Shown: positions 29,586 through 38,991, numbered from the stretch's first letter. The stretch: 64,000 bases of DNA from an uncultured Bacteroidota bacterium (GCA_902796805.1 CADBQG010000040.1:50-64049); one strand, 5' to 3'. A program made the numbers and translations. The notes: a model not told the origin generated them from the letters alone.

Positions 29586-30497
29586 ATGGTAGATACCGTG
29601 AACTTCGGTGCTTATAAGTGGCATCACATAACGAATCCTACTGTCGAGGATTTGGATTTTCTGAGGGATAACTTCCATTTCCACCCTTTGGACATAGAGG
29701 ACTGCTCGAGTTTTGTGCAGCGCCCCAAAATAGACAGCTACGACGACTACTTCTTTCTTGTGCTGCATTTTCCGCTGCTCGACCAGAGAACAAAGCTCGT
29801 GAAGACCGAGGAGACCAAGATCTTCTGGGGACAGGACTACCTGATCACAGTGGGCAACTCGCATTACGTGGTTCAGGACCTCTTCAACCTCAAGAAAATA
29901 GACCCTGAACCCGAGGACGACGACGAAATCAGCGGCACCTCCGACTCTATGCTCTACCATATCCTTTACAGGATGATGAAGGAGACTTTCCTCATTGTGG
30001 AGCGCCTCGGCACCGAAATAGACTTCATAAGCAGGGAACTCTTCAGCAGCAAGGCCGAGAAAATCATTGAACAGATTTCCATAATCCGGAAAAACATAAT
30101 CCAGATGAACACCATGTTCAAGCCGCAGCTCCGACTCTTCAAGATGTTCGAGTCGGGAGACGTGAAGGGCTTCGCCGACGACATGGAGGAATACTGGGGC
30201 AACATCCTCGACTTCTACCAGAAGATGTGGGATATGGTTGACGACTACGGCGAACTTGTAGCTGGTCTCTCCAACACATTCGATTCGTTGCAGACAAACA
30301 AGACCAACGAGATTATGCGTATGCTCACAATAATCTCCACAATAGTGCTGCCATTGACTTTTATATCAGGACTTTACGGCATGAATGTCGCACTCCCTCT
30401 CGCCGAATCTCCACACGCTTTCCTATTAGTAATGGGCCTGTGTCTGATTATTTCAGTGGTTTTGATAATGTTCTTCGTGAAAAAGCACTGGATTTAG
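29586..30497 (+). CDS. corA: CorA-family magnesium/cobalt transporter
   Basis: 303 aa. Two C-terminal TM helices with the YGMN signature (GLYGMNV). Confidence 0.88.
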   Translation: MVDTVNFGAYKWHHITNPTVEDLDFLRDNFHFHPLDIEDCSSFVQRPKIDSYDDYFFLVLHFPLLDQRTKLVKTEETKIFWGQDYLITVGNSHYVVQDLFNLKKIDPEPEDDDEISGTSDSMLYHILYRMMKETFLIVERLGTEIDFISRELFSSKAEKIIEQISIIRKNIIQMNTMFKPQLRLFKMFESGDVKGFADDMEEYWGNILDFYQKMWDMVDDYGELVAGLSNTFDSLQTNKTNEIMRMLTIISTIVLPLTFISGLYGMNVALPLAESPHAFLLVMGLCLIISVVLIMFFVKKHWI

Positions 30498-30543
30498 TTT
30501 TTCCGCCTGCCTCAAACAAGTCGGCGGTGTCGGTCATGCAGTT

Positions 30544-30984
30544 ATGGGGAAACCAAGAACATACAAGGTTGGGTTCAGAATAGCGGAATTGGAGAGCCAA
30601 GATTTTCACACTGTGCTTGATGTCAAGATTTCGGGCATCAGGGTGCGGGCGGTGCTCGACACCGGCGCGTCGCACAGCTGCATCGACCGAACTTTCGTAG
30701 AGCAGCGGCTGCCCGACAACAGGCCCGAAAACGTCCAGGGGGTCAATGCCGGCATCGGCGGAAGCGATTTCGAAGTGCTGGCCACAACCGTTGAGGACTT
30801 CAGGATAGGGCATTTCCGCATAGAAAGACTTGAAAACCTCGCCGTTATTGATTTCAAGCACATTAACGAAGCCTACAAAATTGTCGGGATGAAGCCTGTA
30901 CACTTCATCCTTGGAAACGACTTCCTCGTAATGCACAAGGCCATAATAGACTACACCCTAAACAGAATGTATTTCACAAAGTAG
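30544..30984 (+). CDS. Retropepsin-like (clan AA) aspartic protease
   Basis: 146 aa. Active-site motif VLDTGASHSCID and a late GNDFL block. The stop abuts the ruvC start. Confidence 0.7.
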   Translation: MGKPRTYKVGFRIAELESQDFHTVLDVKISGIRVRAVLDTGASHSCIDRTFVEQRLPDNRPENVQGVNAGIGGSDFEVLATTVEDFRIGHFRIERLENLAVIDFKHINEAYKIVGMKPVHFILGNDFLVMHKAIIDYTLNRMYFTK

Positions 30985-31548
30985 ATGGAGGAAACCAAAA
31001 TCACGAAGAAAATCTTAGGAATAGATCCGGGCACGAATGTTCTGGGATATGCGGTCCTGGACACCGAGCTGAACAAATCTGCCGTCGAGGTCCTTAGCGT
31101 GCTTCAGATGAAGAAGATGCCTGACATGTACGACCGGCTAAAGTACATCTACGAGAAGATAAACGCTGTGATTGTCCAGTACAAGCCCGATGTGCTTTCT
31201 ATAGAGGCGCCGTTTTACGGGAAGAACGTGCAATCGATGCTCAAGCTTGGACGGGCACAGGGCATAGTGATTGCGGCCTGCCTCCACGCAGGGATGGAGG
31301 TTTACGAATATTCGCCAAGAAAGATCAAGCAGTCGATAACTGGCAACGGCAACGCCTCCAAGGAGCAGGTTTCCGGAATGCTCTGCCGCATGTATCCCAT
31401 AGCGGAGCAAATCGAGTTCCTCGACGCCACCGACGCGTTGGCGGCGGCGGTGTGCCACCATCTGCAGCAGAAGGTCGTGTTCGGTAAGACCAAGGCCACA
31501 AGCTGGAAAAGCTTCATAGCGCAGAACGAGGACAGAATCATAAAATAG
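30985..31548 (+). CDS. ruvC: Crossover junction endodeoxyribonuclease RuvC
   Basis: 187 aa. ILGIDPGTNVLGYAVL N-terminal acidic motif, EAPFYGKN, and DATDALAAAVCH near the C-terminus. Confidence 0.9.
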   Translation: MEETKITKKILGIDPGTNVLGYAVLDTELNKSAVEVLSVLQMKKMPDMYDRLKYIYEKINAVIVQYKPDVLSIEAPFYGKNVQSMLKLGRAQGIVIAACLHAGMEVYEYSPRKIKQSITGNGNASKEQVSGMLCRMYPIAEQIEFLDATDALAAAVCHHLQQKVVFGKTKATSWKSFIAQNEDRIIK

Positions 31549-31555
31549 CCGACGG

Positions 31556-32344
31556 CTACCTGAGATTCTTCGCAAGATATTCAAAATCCTCTATTGACAA
31601 CTGCTCGGCGCGTTTTGACAGCAACTGCCTCTCATCGGCGAAGCCTTCCCGGAAATCCATTGAATGCAGCGCGTTTCTCAAGGTTTTCCTTCTGTAGTTG
31701 AAGGCTGTCTTCACCACATTCCTGAACTTGCGCTCGTCGCAGTCGAGCCTCTTACTGAAATTCCTGGCAAGCCTGATGACCGCCGACTTGACCTGTGGCG
31801 GCGGGGTGAACTCATGCTCGCCGACGGTGAAAAGGTATTCCGCGTCGTAATATGCCTGGAGCAAAACACTGAGGATACCGTACTGCTTGCCGCCGGGCTT
31901 CGCGCAGACCCGCTCCGCAACCTCCTTCTGGAACATTCCCACCAGCTCCACCACGGAGTCCTTGTTGTCGAGGGCCTTGAAGAGAATCTGCGAAGAGATA
32001 TTGTATGGGAAGTTGCCGGCAATCACCTTCGGCCCGGCGCAGAACCCGTCGATGTCGAATTTCAGGAAATCGCCGCCTATAACGTCCAGTCCCGGAAAAT
32101 TCTTGCCAAGATACGCTATAGACTCCTCGTCGAGCTCGATGACGGCGAAATGCGGAAATCCGCGCTGCTGGAGGAATTTTGTAAGCATCCCCATGCCCGG
32201 GCCCACCTCAAGAACTGCCGCGTCTTGGGTCCGTATCGAGCCTGCAATGTCGCGTGCTACAGACTCGTTATTGAGAAAATGCTGTCCTAAACGTTTCTTG
32301 GCTCTTACAATCATAAAAACGGTTGGTTTTGTTTTGAAGTGCAA
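31556..32344 (-). CDS. rsmA: 16S rRNA (adenine1518/1519-N6)-dimethyltransferase
   Basis: KKRLGQHFL, SAM motif VLEVGPGMGMLT, NFPYNISS. The true start may be the internal Met at 32314. Confidence 0.9.
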   Translation of the reverse strand: MHFKTKPTVFMIVRAKKRLGQHFLNNESVARDIAGSIRTQDAAVLEVGPGMGMLTKFLQQRGFPHFAVIELDEESIAYLGKNFPGLDVIGGDFLKFDIDGFCAGPKVIAGNFPYNISSQILFKALDNKDSVVELVGMFQKEVAERVCAKPGGKQYGILSVLLQAYYDAEYLFTVGEHEFTPPPQVKSAVIRLARNFSKRLDCDERKFRNVVKTAFNYRRKTLRNALHSMDFREGFADERQLLSKRAEQLSIEDFEYLAKNLR

Positions 32345-32386
32345 AAATAACTAATTTTGCACGATTTTTAAACTACATTACAGAAT

Positions 32387-32944
32387 ATGAGAATTATTGG
32401 CATCACAGGCACTTTAGGCGCCGGGAAAGGCACCATCGTTGATTATCTCGTGAAAAAACGCGGATACAGACACTATTCCGTGAGGGGCTTTCTTATAAAA
32501 GAGGCCGAAAGGCGCGGGATGGAGATAAACAGGGACACCTTTGTGGTGGTGGCCAACGACCTGCGCGCCAGCCATTCGCCGTCGTACATCATCGACCAAC
32601 TTTACCTGGAGGCACTTGAGAACGGCACCGACGCCATAATAGAGAGCATAAGGACTCCCGGAGAGGTTGAATCGCTGCGCCGCAAGGATCACTTCATTCT
32701 CGTTGGGATAGACGCAGACCCGGAAATACGTTATGGAAGGATTGTAGACAGGGCCTCCGAAACGGACAAAATATCGTTCGAGACTTTCATTCAGAACGAA
32801 CAGCGGGAGATGGAGTCAACCGACCCGAACCATCAGAATTTAAGGAGATGTATGCAGATGGCCGACCACATCTTCACTAACAACGGTACTTTCGAGGACC
32901 TGTATTTGCAAATTGAAGACTATTTCGGCAGAGAGGACATTTAG
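32387..32944 (+). CDS. P-loop nucleotide/nucleoside kinase-like protein (dephospho-CoA-kinase-like fold)
   Basis: 185 aa. Walker A GITGTLGAGKGT at the extreme N-terminus. The substrate cannot be assigned from the sequence. Confidence 0.55.
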   Translation: MRIIGITGTLGAGKGTIVDYLVKKRGYRHYSVRGFLIKEAERRGMEINRDTFVVVANDLRASHSPSYIIDQLYLEALENGTDAIIESIRTPGEVESLRRKDHFILVGIDADPEIRYGRIVDRASETDKISFETFIQNEQREMESTDPNHQNLRRCMQMADHIFTNNGTFEDLYLQIEDYFGREDI

Positions 32945-34221
32945 TCATGCACCTCTTCAGCCGTCTCCTTCTCCTTGAAGGCAAAGACGAACACGACTGC
33001 AACTACGAGCGCATACAGCGCAAACACATACCAAGCACTCGACCAGCCTTCCATCACAATCCGGGGATCCGTGCCTTCCGGCAATGAGAACACAAGCCTG
33101 TTAAGCACGAACTGCGCCCCGAAAGTACCCAATGTGGCGCCTATTCCGTTAGTCATAAGCATGAAAAGCCCCTGCGCCGAAGCCCTTATGGATGTATCGG
33201 TCTGCTGGTCTACAAAAAGCGAACCGCTGATGTTGAAGAAGTCGAAGGCCACACCATAAACTATGCACGAAAGAATGAAGAGCCATACTCCGCCGCCGGG
33301 ATTCCCCAAGCCGAAGAAGCCGAACCTGAGCACCCAGGCGAACATGGCTATCAGCATCACTTTCTTGATTCCGAACCTCTTCAGAAAGAACGGTATCAGG
33401 AGTATGCAGAGCGTTTCCGACACTTGTGAGATGGAGATCAGTATGTTGGCGTGCTTCACCCCGAAAGTTTCCGTATATTCGGTGATTTGCCCGAAACTGT
33501 GGAGGAACGGGTTGGCGAAGCCGTTTGTTATCTGGAGCGAAACACCGAGGAACATGGAAAACAAGAAGAAGACCGCCATCTTCCTCTCCTTGAAGAGGGC
33601 AAAAGCCTTCAGCCCGAACATGTCGGCCACGGAGGTGATTTTCCCGTCATTGTTGCTGTTGCACCTCGGCAGCGTGAACGAATATGCGCCCAGAACAAGA
33701 CCAATGACGCCGCTTGCAACGAACTGCGCCGCCGACTGCTGGTAACCAAGGATGTCCACGCACCACATGGCCACTATGAACCCTATCGTGCCGAAAACCC
33801 TTATCGGCGGAAAATTACGCACCGTGTCAAGACCGGCGAGCTCAAGGGCGTTGTAGGCCACAGAGTTCGACAGGGCAAGCGTGGGCATGTAGAACGCAAC
33901 GCCTATGGTGTATAGCGCGAAAAGCGGCCCGAACTGCACTGCGCCGCCGGATTGTAAGCCGTAGATCCCGGCGGCAATCATGGCAGCTCCGGAAACCAGA
34001 TGGCAGATTCCCAGCATCTTCTGCGCCTGCACCCAGCGGTCGGCTATTATGCCTATTATCGCCGGCATGAAAATCGACACTATACCCTGAATGGAATAGA
34101 ACAGCCCTATCTTCGCTCCGAGCCCGTGCGTGTGAAGGTACGTGCCCATGCATGTGAGATACGCTCCCCAGACGGCAAACTGGAGGAAGTTCATCAATGT
34201 CAGTCTTATTTTCAGTTTCAT
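32941..34221 (-). CDS. MFS nucleoside:H+ symporter (NupG/XapB family)
   Basis: 426 aa with about 12 TM segments. The N-terminus MKLKIRLTLMNFLQFAVWGAYLT closely mirrors the NupG N-terminal signature. Confidence 0.8.
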   Translation of the reverse strand: MKLKIRLTLMNFLQFAVWGAYLTCMGTYLHTHGLGAKIGLFYSIQGIVSIFMPAIIGIIADRWVQAQKMLGICHLVSGAAMIAAGIYGLQSGGAVQFGPLFALYTIGVAFYMPTLALSNSVAYNALELAGLDTVRNFPPIRVFGTIGFIVAMWCVDILGYQQSAAQFVASGVIGLVLGAYSFTLPRCNSNNDGKITSVADMFGLKAFALFKERKMAVFFLFSMFLGVSLQITNGFANPFLHSFGQITEYTETFGVKHANILISISQVSETLCILLIPFFLKRFGIKKVMLIAMFAWVLRFGFFGLGNPGGGVWLFILSCIVYGVAFDFFNISGSLFVDQQTDTSIRASAQGLFMLMTNGIGATLGTFGAQFVLNRLVFSLPEGTDPRIVMEGWSSAWYVFALYALVVAVVFVFAFKEKETAEEVHD

Positions 34222-34233
34222 AATACTATTATG

Positions 34234-34845
34234 CTATTTAACGCGGAAATCAAAGAAGCACTCGTCCTCAACAAAGCCCTGGAGACGGTCGTTGATCTCA
34301 ACCCGCCCCACTCCCACGGGCGTTCCGGTGAATATTATGTCGCCCATCTTGAGAGTCATGAAGCGCGACACATGCGATATTATCCTGTCAATCGAGAAAA
34401 TCATGTCGGAGGTGTTCCCCGATTGCACCTTCTTTCCATTGAGAAGAAGGTGGAAGCTGATGCTTTGCAGGTCGGGAAAGTTGCTCTTGTTGGTGAATCT
34501 TCCCACTACCGCCGATCCGTCGAAGGCTTTTGCCACCTCCCACGGCTCGCCGTTGGCCACGCACCTCCTCTGGATGTCGCGGGCGGTGAAGTCAACTCCC
34601 AACCCTATCTCGTCATAGTACTTGTGCGCAAAACGCTCCGGAATGCACTTCCCAAGACGGTTTATCTTCACGATTATCTCAGTCTCGTAGTGCACCTCCT
34701 CCGAAAAGTCAGGGAGAAAGAACGGCCTGTTGAGCCTTGTGATGGCTGATTCGGGCTTCAGGAAAAACACCGGCTCCTCCGGAACCGAATGATTCAACTC
34801 CGCCGCGTGCGCCGCGTAATTCCTTCCTATGCAGATGAACTTCAT
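34234..34845 (-). CDS. Fumarylacetoacetate hydrolase (FAH) family protein
   Basis: 203 aa. MKFICIGRNYAAHAAEL, E..L motifs, GDIIFTGTPVGVG. Confidence 0.8.
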   Translation of the reverse strand: MKFICIGRNYAAHAAELNHSVPEEPVFFLKPESAITRLNRPFFLPDFSEEVHYETEIIVKINRLGKCIPERFAHKYYDEIGLGVDFTARDIQRRCVANGEPWEVAKAFDGSAVVGRFTNKSNFPDLQSISFHLLLNGKKVQSGNTSDMIFSIDRIISHVSRFMTLKMGDIIFTGTPVGVGRVEINDRLQGFVEDECFFDFRVK

Positions 34846-34856
34846 CCCCCAAAAAA

Positions 34857-35666
34857 TCAGAAGAAGTTGATGTTCAGGGCAACCTCCACATATCCAAGGT
34901 TCGCCTTCTGATCGACTTTGCTGAACGAATTCTGTGCCTTGCCTGCGCCCTTGAAGTAGTTGGTGAACCCGTGCACGTAGTTCACCATCAGGCCGCAGCG
35001 CATGTTCTGTGTTATCGAATACTCGAAGCCGGTCCCGAGATACAGCGCCTCCTTGAAGAACGAGGCCTCCTGCGAGGCGACCTTCTCGCGCGTCCAGAGC
35101 TCGTCAGTTCCGGTTGCGAAGTTCGACAAGGTGTACGAGTCGGCGTTTGTGGCCTTCAGGTTAACACTGTGAAGCAGTCCGAGGTTGCCGCAGATGAAGA
35201 AATTGTTGATTGAGTTTGTCTTGAGCGTTATCCCGGTCGGAATTGTCAGGTAGAGCGACCGGTATGTCCTCTGCGTCGCGGTGCTGTCTGAAATGCCTAT
35301 CGTTCCTATGGGGATGTTGTCGAAGAACCTCATCTTGCCGCCGCAGTGCTCAAGGAAGAGACCGGTCGAGAAATAGTAGTTTTTCCTGTCTGTCAGGTTG
35401 ATGTTCAGGTTTATGCCATAGCGCAGCCCCATGACAACGCCGTTTTTGGAGTATCCGGGCGTGTGGTCGTACATCCAGTTGAAGGTCGGCGCCACAGTCA
35501 GGCCGAAGTTCAGCCTCGACCCGAAGCCCGGATCCTTGATGTAAGTCTTCGACATCTTCGGACCCTTCTTGTTCAGCAGATCGGTCTGAGGCGCTGTCTG
35601 GGCGAATGTGCGGGCTGCAATTGCCATGAAAAGCAAAGGCAGGATAATCAACAGGCTCTTTTTCAT
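34857..35666 (-). CDS. Outer-membrane beta-barrel protein (porin/PorT-like family)
   Basis: 269 aa. Signal peptide, alternating hydrophobic beta pattern, C-terminal ...ALNINFF. Confidence 0.65.
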   Translation of the reverse strand: MKKSLLIILPLLFMAIAARTFAQTAPQTDLLNKKGPKMSKTYIKDPGFGSRLNFGLTVAPTFNWMYDHTPGYSKNGVVMGLRYGINLNINLTDRKNYYFSTGLFLEHCGGKMRFFDNIPIGTIGISDSTATQRTYRSLYLTIPTGITLKTNSINNFFICGNLGLLHSVNLKATNADSYTLSNFATGTDELWTREKVASQEASFFKEALYLGTGFEYSITQNMRCGLMVNYVHGFTNYFKGAGKAQNSFSKVDQKANLGYVEVALNINFF

Positions 35667-35703
35667 AATACTGATGGTTAAAGGTTATTTCAAAAACAGA
35701 CTG

Positions 35704-35711
35704 CAAATTTA
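35704..35711 (-). promoter_or_regulatory. -7 box TAAATTTG for the beta-barrel gene
   Basis: The plus strand reads caaattta, 38 nt upstream of the ATG at 35666. Confidence 0.45.
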
Positions 35712-35805
35712 TAAAAAGATACCGATTGAAAACAGTCTTCTCCAAAAAAAAACGTCAAAACAGGTTTTTGAAAAAAATAAATGGTATATGTATGGAAAAA
35801 AAATG

Positions 35806-35813
35806 TATCTTTG
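35806..35813 (+). promoter_or_regulatory. -7 box TATCTTTG for rpsO
   Basis: TAnnTTTG match 37 nt upstream of the rpsO ATG. Confidence 0.55.
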
Positions 35814-35849
35814 CCGCCCTATTTGTAAAAAACATAAAGTAACATAAAC

Positions 35850-36119
35850 ATGTATTTGACCAACGACGTAAAGAAAGAGATTTTCGCCAAATACGGCAAG
35901 AATGAGAAGGACACTGGTTCTCCTGAAGCTCAGGTTGCCCTGTTTACGCACCGCATCAAGCATTTGACCGAGCACGTGAAGCAGAACCAGGGAGACCGTG
36001 TTACAAAGCGCGCCCTCATCACCTTGGTAGGCAAGAGAAAAAAGATGCTCGAATACCTGAAACAGCAGGATATCGAGCGCTACAGAGCTTTGATTAAAGA
36101 ACTGGGCTTGAGAAAATAG
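35850..36119 (+). CDS. rpsO: 30S ribosomal protein S15
   Basis: 89 aa. GSPEAQVALFTHRIKHLTEHVK...RYRALIKELGLRK. Confidence 0.95.
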   Translation: MYLTNDVKKEIFAKYGKNEKDTGSPEAQVALFTHRIKHLTEHVKQNQGDRVTKRALITLVGKRKKMLEYLKQQDIERYRALIKELGLRK

Positions 36120-36140
36120 TCGATTTCACGAACTATGGGA

Positions 36141-36173
36141 AAAGGCAATTTTTTTACGAAAATTGCCTTTTTC
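36141..36173 (+). terminator. Intrinsic terminator after rpsO
   Basis: 12-bp perfect stem aaaggcaatttt / aaaattgccttt, 6-nt loop, then a T-run. It sits inside the track-predicted 5' end of the next ORF. Confidence 0.7.
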
Positions 36174-36182
36174 AGTATATAT

Positions 36183-38276
36183 ATGTCTGATTTTCCTGTG
36201 TTGCCCTCCGTGCCAGGCAAAAACAAACTTCCAGGATTTCTCGCATTGCTGATGATGCTGTGCGTGGTGGTTTCGGCTTATCCGCAGCCGCATTCCGACA
36301 GCGCGAAAACGCACCATCTGCGCGAAGTCAACATCAACGCGGCAGGAGAGCAGAAGGTTTACGAAGGCCCGGCTGCAGTTCAGGTTATCAACACCCAAAA
36401 AATCAAGCAATTGCCAGTGTTCCAACTCTCCGACGCACTGAAATACATGTCTGGGGTTGTTGTGCGCGACTACGGCGGCACCGGAGGCATGAAGACCGTG
36501 TCGGTGCGCGGACTCGGGACGCAGCACACAGGCGTGGCGTACGACGACATCGCGATGTCTGACTGCCAGACCGGCCAGATTGACCTGAGCAAGATGACCC
36601 TCGACAATGTAGGCAGCATAAGGCTTGTTGTCGGGGCCGACGACGACATTTTCGTGCCGGCACGCCTCTTCTCCTACAGCAGCCTGCTGAAAGTAGGCAC
36701 AACAAACGCTATTCCGGAACCGACATTCGGAGTCCGGGCCGGGGCAACGGCCGGCATGTACGGCTTCTACTCTGTACAGGCGGCGGTGTTCGCCAAGGCA
36801 AAGTCGCGAAAACACGAGCACAGGCAGTTTTTCTGGAATCTCTCCGCCGACCTCATGAGATCGAAGGGCAACTATCCTTACATAATAAGGTACGGCGGCG
36901 CTGACGACAGCACATCCCGTGAGATCAGGAAGAACTCCGTGGTGCACTCATGCAACATCGAGTCGAACGCCGTGTGGCAAATCGACCGCACTCAGAGGCT
37001 AAGCCTCAAGCTGTATTACTATGACTCCGACAGGGAACTGCCGCCGGCAGCAATATTCTACAACAACGAATCGCGGCAGAAACTGTGGAACAAGAACGCC
37101 TTCGCGCAGGCACATTACCACAAATATTTCAATTCCAAGTGGGCCTTCCAGGCCAACGCGAAGTTCAACTACGACTACACACGATACCTCGACCCCGACT
37201 ATCTCAACGAGGACGGGTTTCTTGACAACAAATACCATCAGACCGAGAGCTATGTTTCAAACACTGTGATGTTCACGCCTATACGGGTGGAAAACGGAGT
37301 GGCAGGACTCAACCTGCTGCAGCTCTCCCTGTCGCAGGATGTGTTCTGGCAGCAGCTCACGGCAAACTCGCTAAACCACGAGAAGCCGGGGCGCCTCACC
37401 TCCCTCAGCGCATTGGCCGCCACCATTTCGGGCAAGCGCTGGAAAGTCAGTGCTAACCTCCTCTTCTCATACGTTGACAACGTGATTAGGGACGGCGCTG
37501 AGATTGATGACTACCACCACTTCTCCCCTACTGTAGGGGGCTCTTACAGAATAGGGGACTTTTGCAGCGTTAGAGCGTTCTACAAGAACATCTTCCGAAT
37601 GCCAACCTTCAACGACCTCTACTACCGGGAAGTTGGCAACATCTCGCTGAAGCCAGAGAAGACGCACCAGTGGGACGCCGGACTTGTAGTCGACAACGCC
37701 TTCGTTGTGCCGGGCAAACTATCGGCCTCCGCCGCCATCGACCTGTACTTCAACATTGTGAAAGACAAAATCGTGGCTTTCCCGTCGCACAACCTTTTCA
37801 CATGGACAATGCTCAACTACGGCAAAGTGTACATAGGAGGTGTCGAGGTCAACAGTTCATGGAGATACTCCATCTCCAGAAGGCATTCGCTGCAACTGCA
37901 CGGGAACATCACATTCCAGAAAGCCATAGACCGCACCGAGAAAGGCAGCAAAACTTTCAACCACCAGATTCCCTACACACCGCTGCTTTCCGGCTCGGTG
38001 TCGCTGAGTTGGCAGAACCCGTGGTTCACCATTGGCTATTCCATGATTGCGGTAGGAAAACGGTACTCACTGCCACAGAATATCGATGTCAACGAGGTGC
38101 GGCCTTATTCCGACCACAGCATAACAATTTCAAGGGATTTCAGGATGAACAAGTCTCTGTTCTCATTAAAGGCCGAGTTCCTGAACATCACGAACACGCA
38201 TTATGAGATAATCCGCAACTATCCTATGCAAGGTTTCGGTTTCAGGTTCAGGTTCGTGTACAGTTTTGAGAGATAG
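36183..38276 (+). CDS. TonB-dependent outer-membrane receptor
   Basis: Start moved to MSDFPVL, after the rpsO terminator. Signal peptide, plug domain (LSDALKYMSGVVVRDYGGTGGMKTVSVRGLG), long beta-barrel. No adjacent SusD-like gene. Confidence 0.85.
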   Translation: MSDFPVLPSVPGKNKLPGFLALLMMLCVVVSAYPQPHSDSAKTHHLREVNINAAGEQKVYEGPAAVQVINTQKIKQLPVFQLSDALKYMSGVVVRDYGGTGGMKTVSVRGLGTQHTGVAYDDIAMSDCQTGQIDLSKMTLDNVGSIRLVVGADDDIFVPARLFSYSSLLKVGTTNAIPEPTFGVRAGATAGMYGFYSVQAAVFAKAKSRKHEHRQFFWNLSADLMRSKGNYPYIIRYGGADDSTSREIRKNSVVHSCNIESNAVWQIDRTQRLSLKLYYYDSDRELPPAAIFYNNESRQKLWNKNAFAQAHYHKYFNSKWAFQANAKFNYDYTRYLDPDYLNEDGFLDNKYHQTESYVSNTVMFTPIRVENGVAGLNLLQLSLSQDVFWQQLTANSLNHEKPGRLTSLSALAATISGKRWKVSANLLFSYVDNVIRDGAEIDDYHHFSPTVGGSYRIGDFCSVRAFYKNIFRMPTFNDLYYREVGNISLKPEKTHQWDAGLVVDNAFVVPGKLSASAAIDLYFNIVKDKIVAFPSHNLFTWTMLNYGKVYIGGVEVNSSWRYSISRRHSLQLHGNITFQKAIDRTEKGSKTFNHQIPYTPLLSGSVSLSWQNPWFTIGYSMIAVGKRYSLPQNIDVNEVRPYSDHSITISRDFRMNKSLFSLKAEFLNITNTHYEIIRNYPMQGFGFRFRFVYSFER

Positions 38277-38278
38277 GG

Positions 38279-38965
38279 TCAAATTCCCACTATATCTGCC
38301 GGGGTCACCATGCCTATGAGCCGGCCGTTCTGAGTTCCGTCGGAAGTAATCAACAGCAAATCAAGCCTTTTCCTCCGCCCTCTGCGCCCCTGGAACATTA
38401 TTTCAACATCCTCTATCGTCAAGTCTGACGAGACAAATGCATATTTGGCTGCTTCTTGCGATGTGGTTGAAATAAAGTCCATTATGTCTCTGAACGTCAA
38501 GTTGTCGGACATGATCAGGTTCTTTTCCTGCGCTACAATTCCAAGCACCGTTTTGGCACTGAAAACGCCTTTCACGACGTCATTCTCAACCACAGGCACA
38601 TAGGAATAGTCGTTTGTACCCATCACGCGCACGGTCTCAAACACTTTGTCGCCGACCGCAGGCGCGAAAATGCTTTTCCTGCCCACCGCAACGCGCATAA
38701 GCGTGACAGGATTCAGCGAATAGTAAAGGGTGTTGACCTGCCTGACAGCGCTTTCGGTAACGATTATCAAATCCTCGCCAGCCTTCTTCCAGTCATGGTG
38801 AGAGAGGAGGTTGCGCAAATATCGGCAGAAAAAGAGGTTGCTCTTGAGATTCTTGTACTTCGGCATTGTCTCCAGATCTTTCATTTCCGAGACCTTAAGG
38901 TTGTTCACAACCCACTCTTCTATCTCCCTGTAACGGTCGAGGAACTTTTCTGCATGGTTTTCCAT
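38279..38965 (-). CDS. CBS-pair protein with N-terminal HEPN-like (RNxxxH) helical domain
   Basis: 228 aa from MENHAEKF; the -7 box at 38984 supports this start. N-terminal ~110 aa is helical and carries YLRNLLSHH. C-terminal tandem CBS-like repeats (VPVVENDVVKGVFS; GRLIGMVTPADIV). Confidence 0.6.
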   Translation of the reverse strand: MENHAEKFLDRYREIEEWVVNNLKVSEMKDLETMPKYKNLKSNLFFCRYLRNLLSHHDWKKAGEDLIIVTESAVRQVNTLYYSLNPVTLMRVAVGRKSIFAPAVGDKVFETVRVMGTNDYSYVPVVENDVVKGVFSAKTVLGIVAQEKNLIMSDNLTFRDIMDFISTTSQEAAKYAFVSSDLTIEDVEIMFQGRRGRRKRLDLLLITSDGTQNGRLIGMVTPADIVGI

Positions 38966-38983
38966 ATCGTTTTTTCTGGACTG

Positions 38984-38991
38984 CAAATCTA
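38984..38991 (-). promoter_or_regulatory. -7 box TAGATTTG for the HEPN-like/CBS gene
   Basis: The plus strand reads caaatcta, 19 nt upstream of the ATG at 38965. Confidence 0.45.

Noticed and set aside
28338-29617. Long ORFs overlapping the FAD-protein gene (306 aa on the minus strand, 333 aa in another plus frame). Similar antisense or out-of-frame ORFs occur elsewhere (12908-13609, 16694-17593, 36126-36947, 43599-44486, 59951-60682).
   Set aside because: Their Arg/Gly/His/Pro-rich or low-complexity translations have no recognisable motifs. They lie entirely within well-supported genes, as expected for stop-poor alternative frames of GC-biased coding sequence.
36120-36182. Riboswitch (for example cobalamin or thiamine) upstream of the orphan TonB-dependent receptor.
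   Set aside because: The space between the rpsO stop and the receptor start is about 60 nt and is occupied by a simple terminator hairpin. That is too short for any riboswitch aptamer I know.
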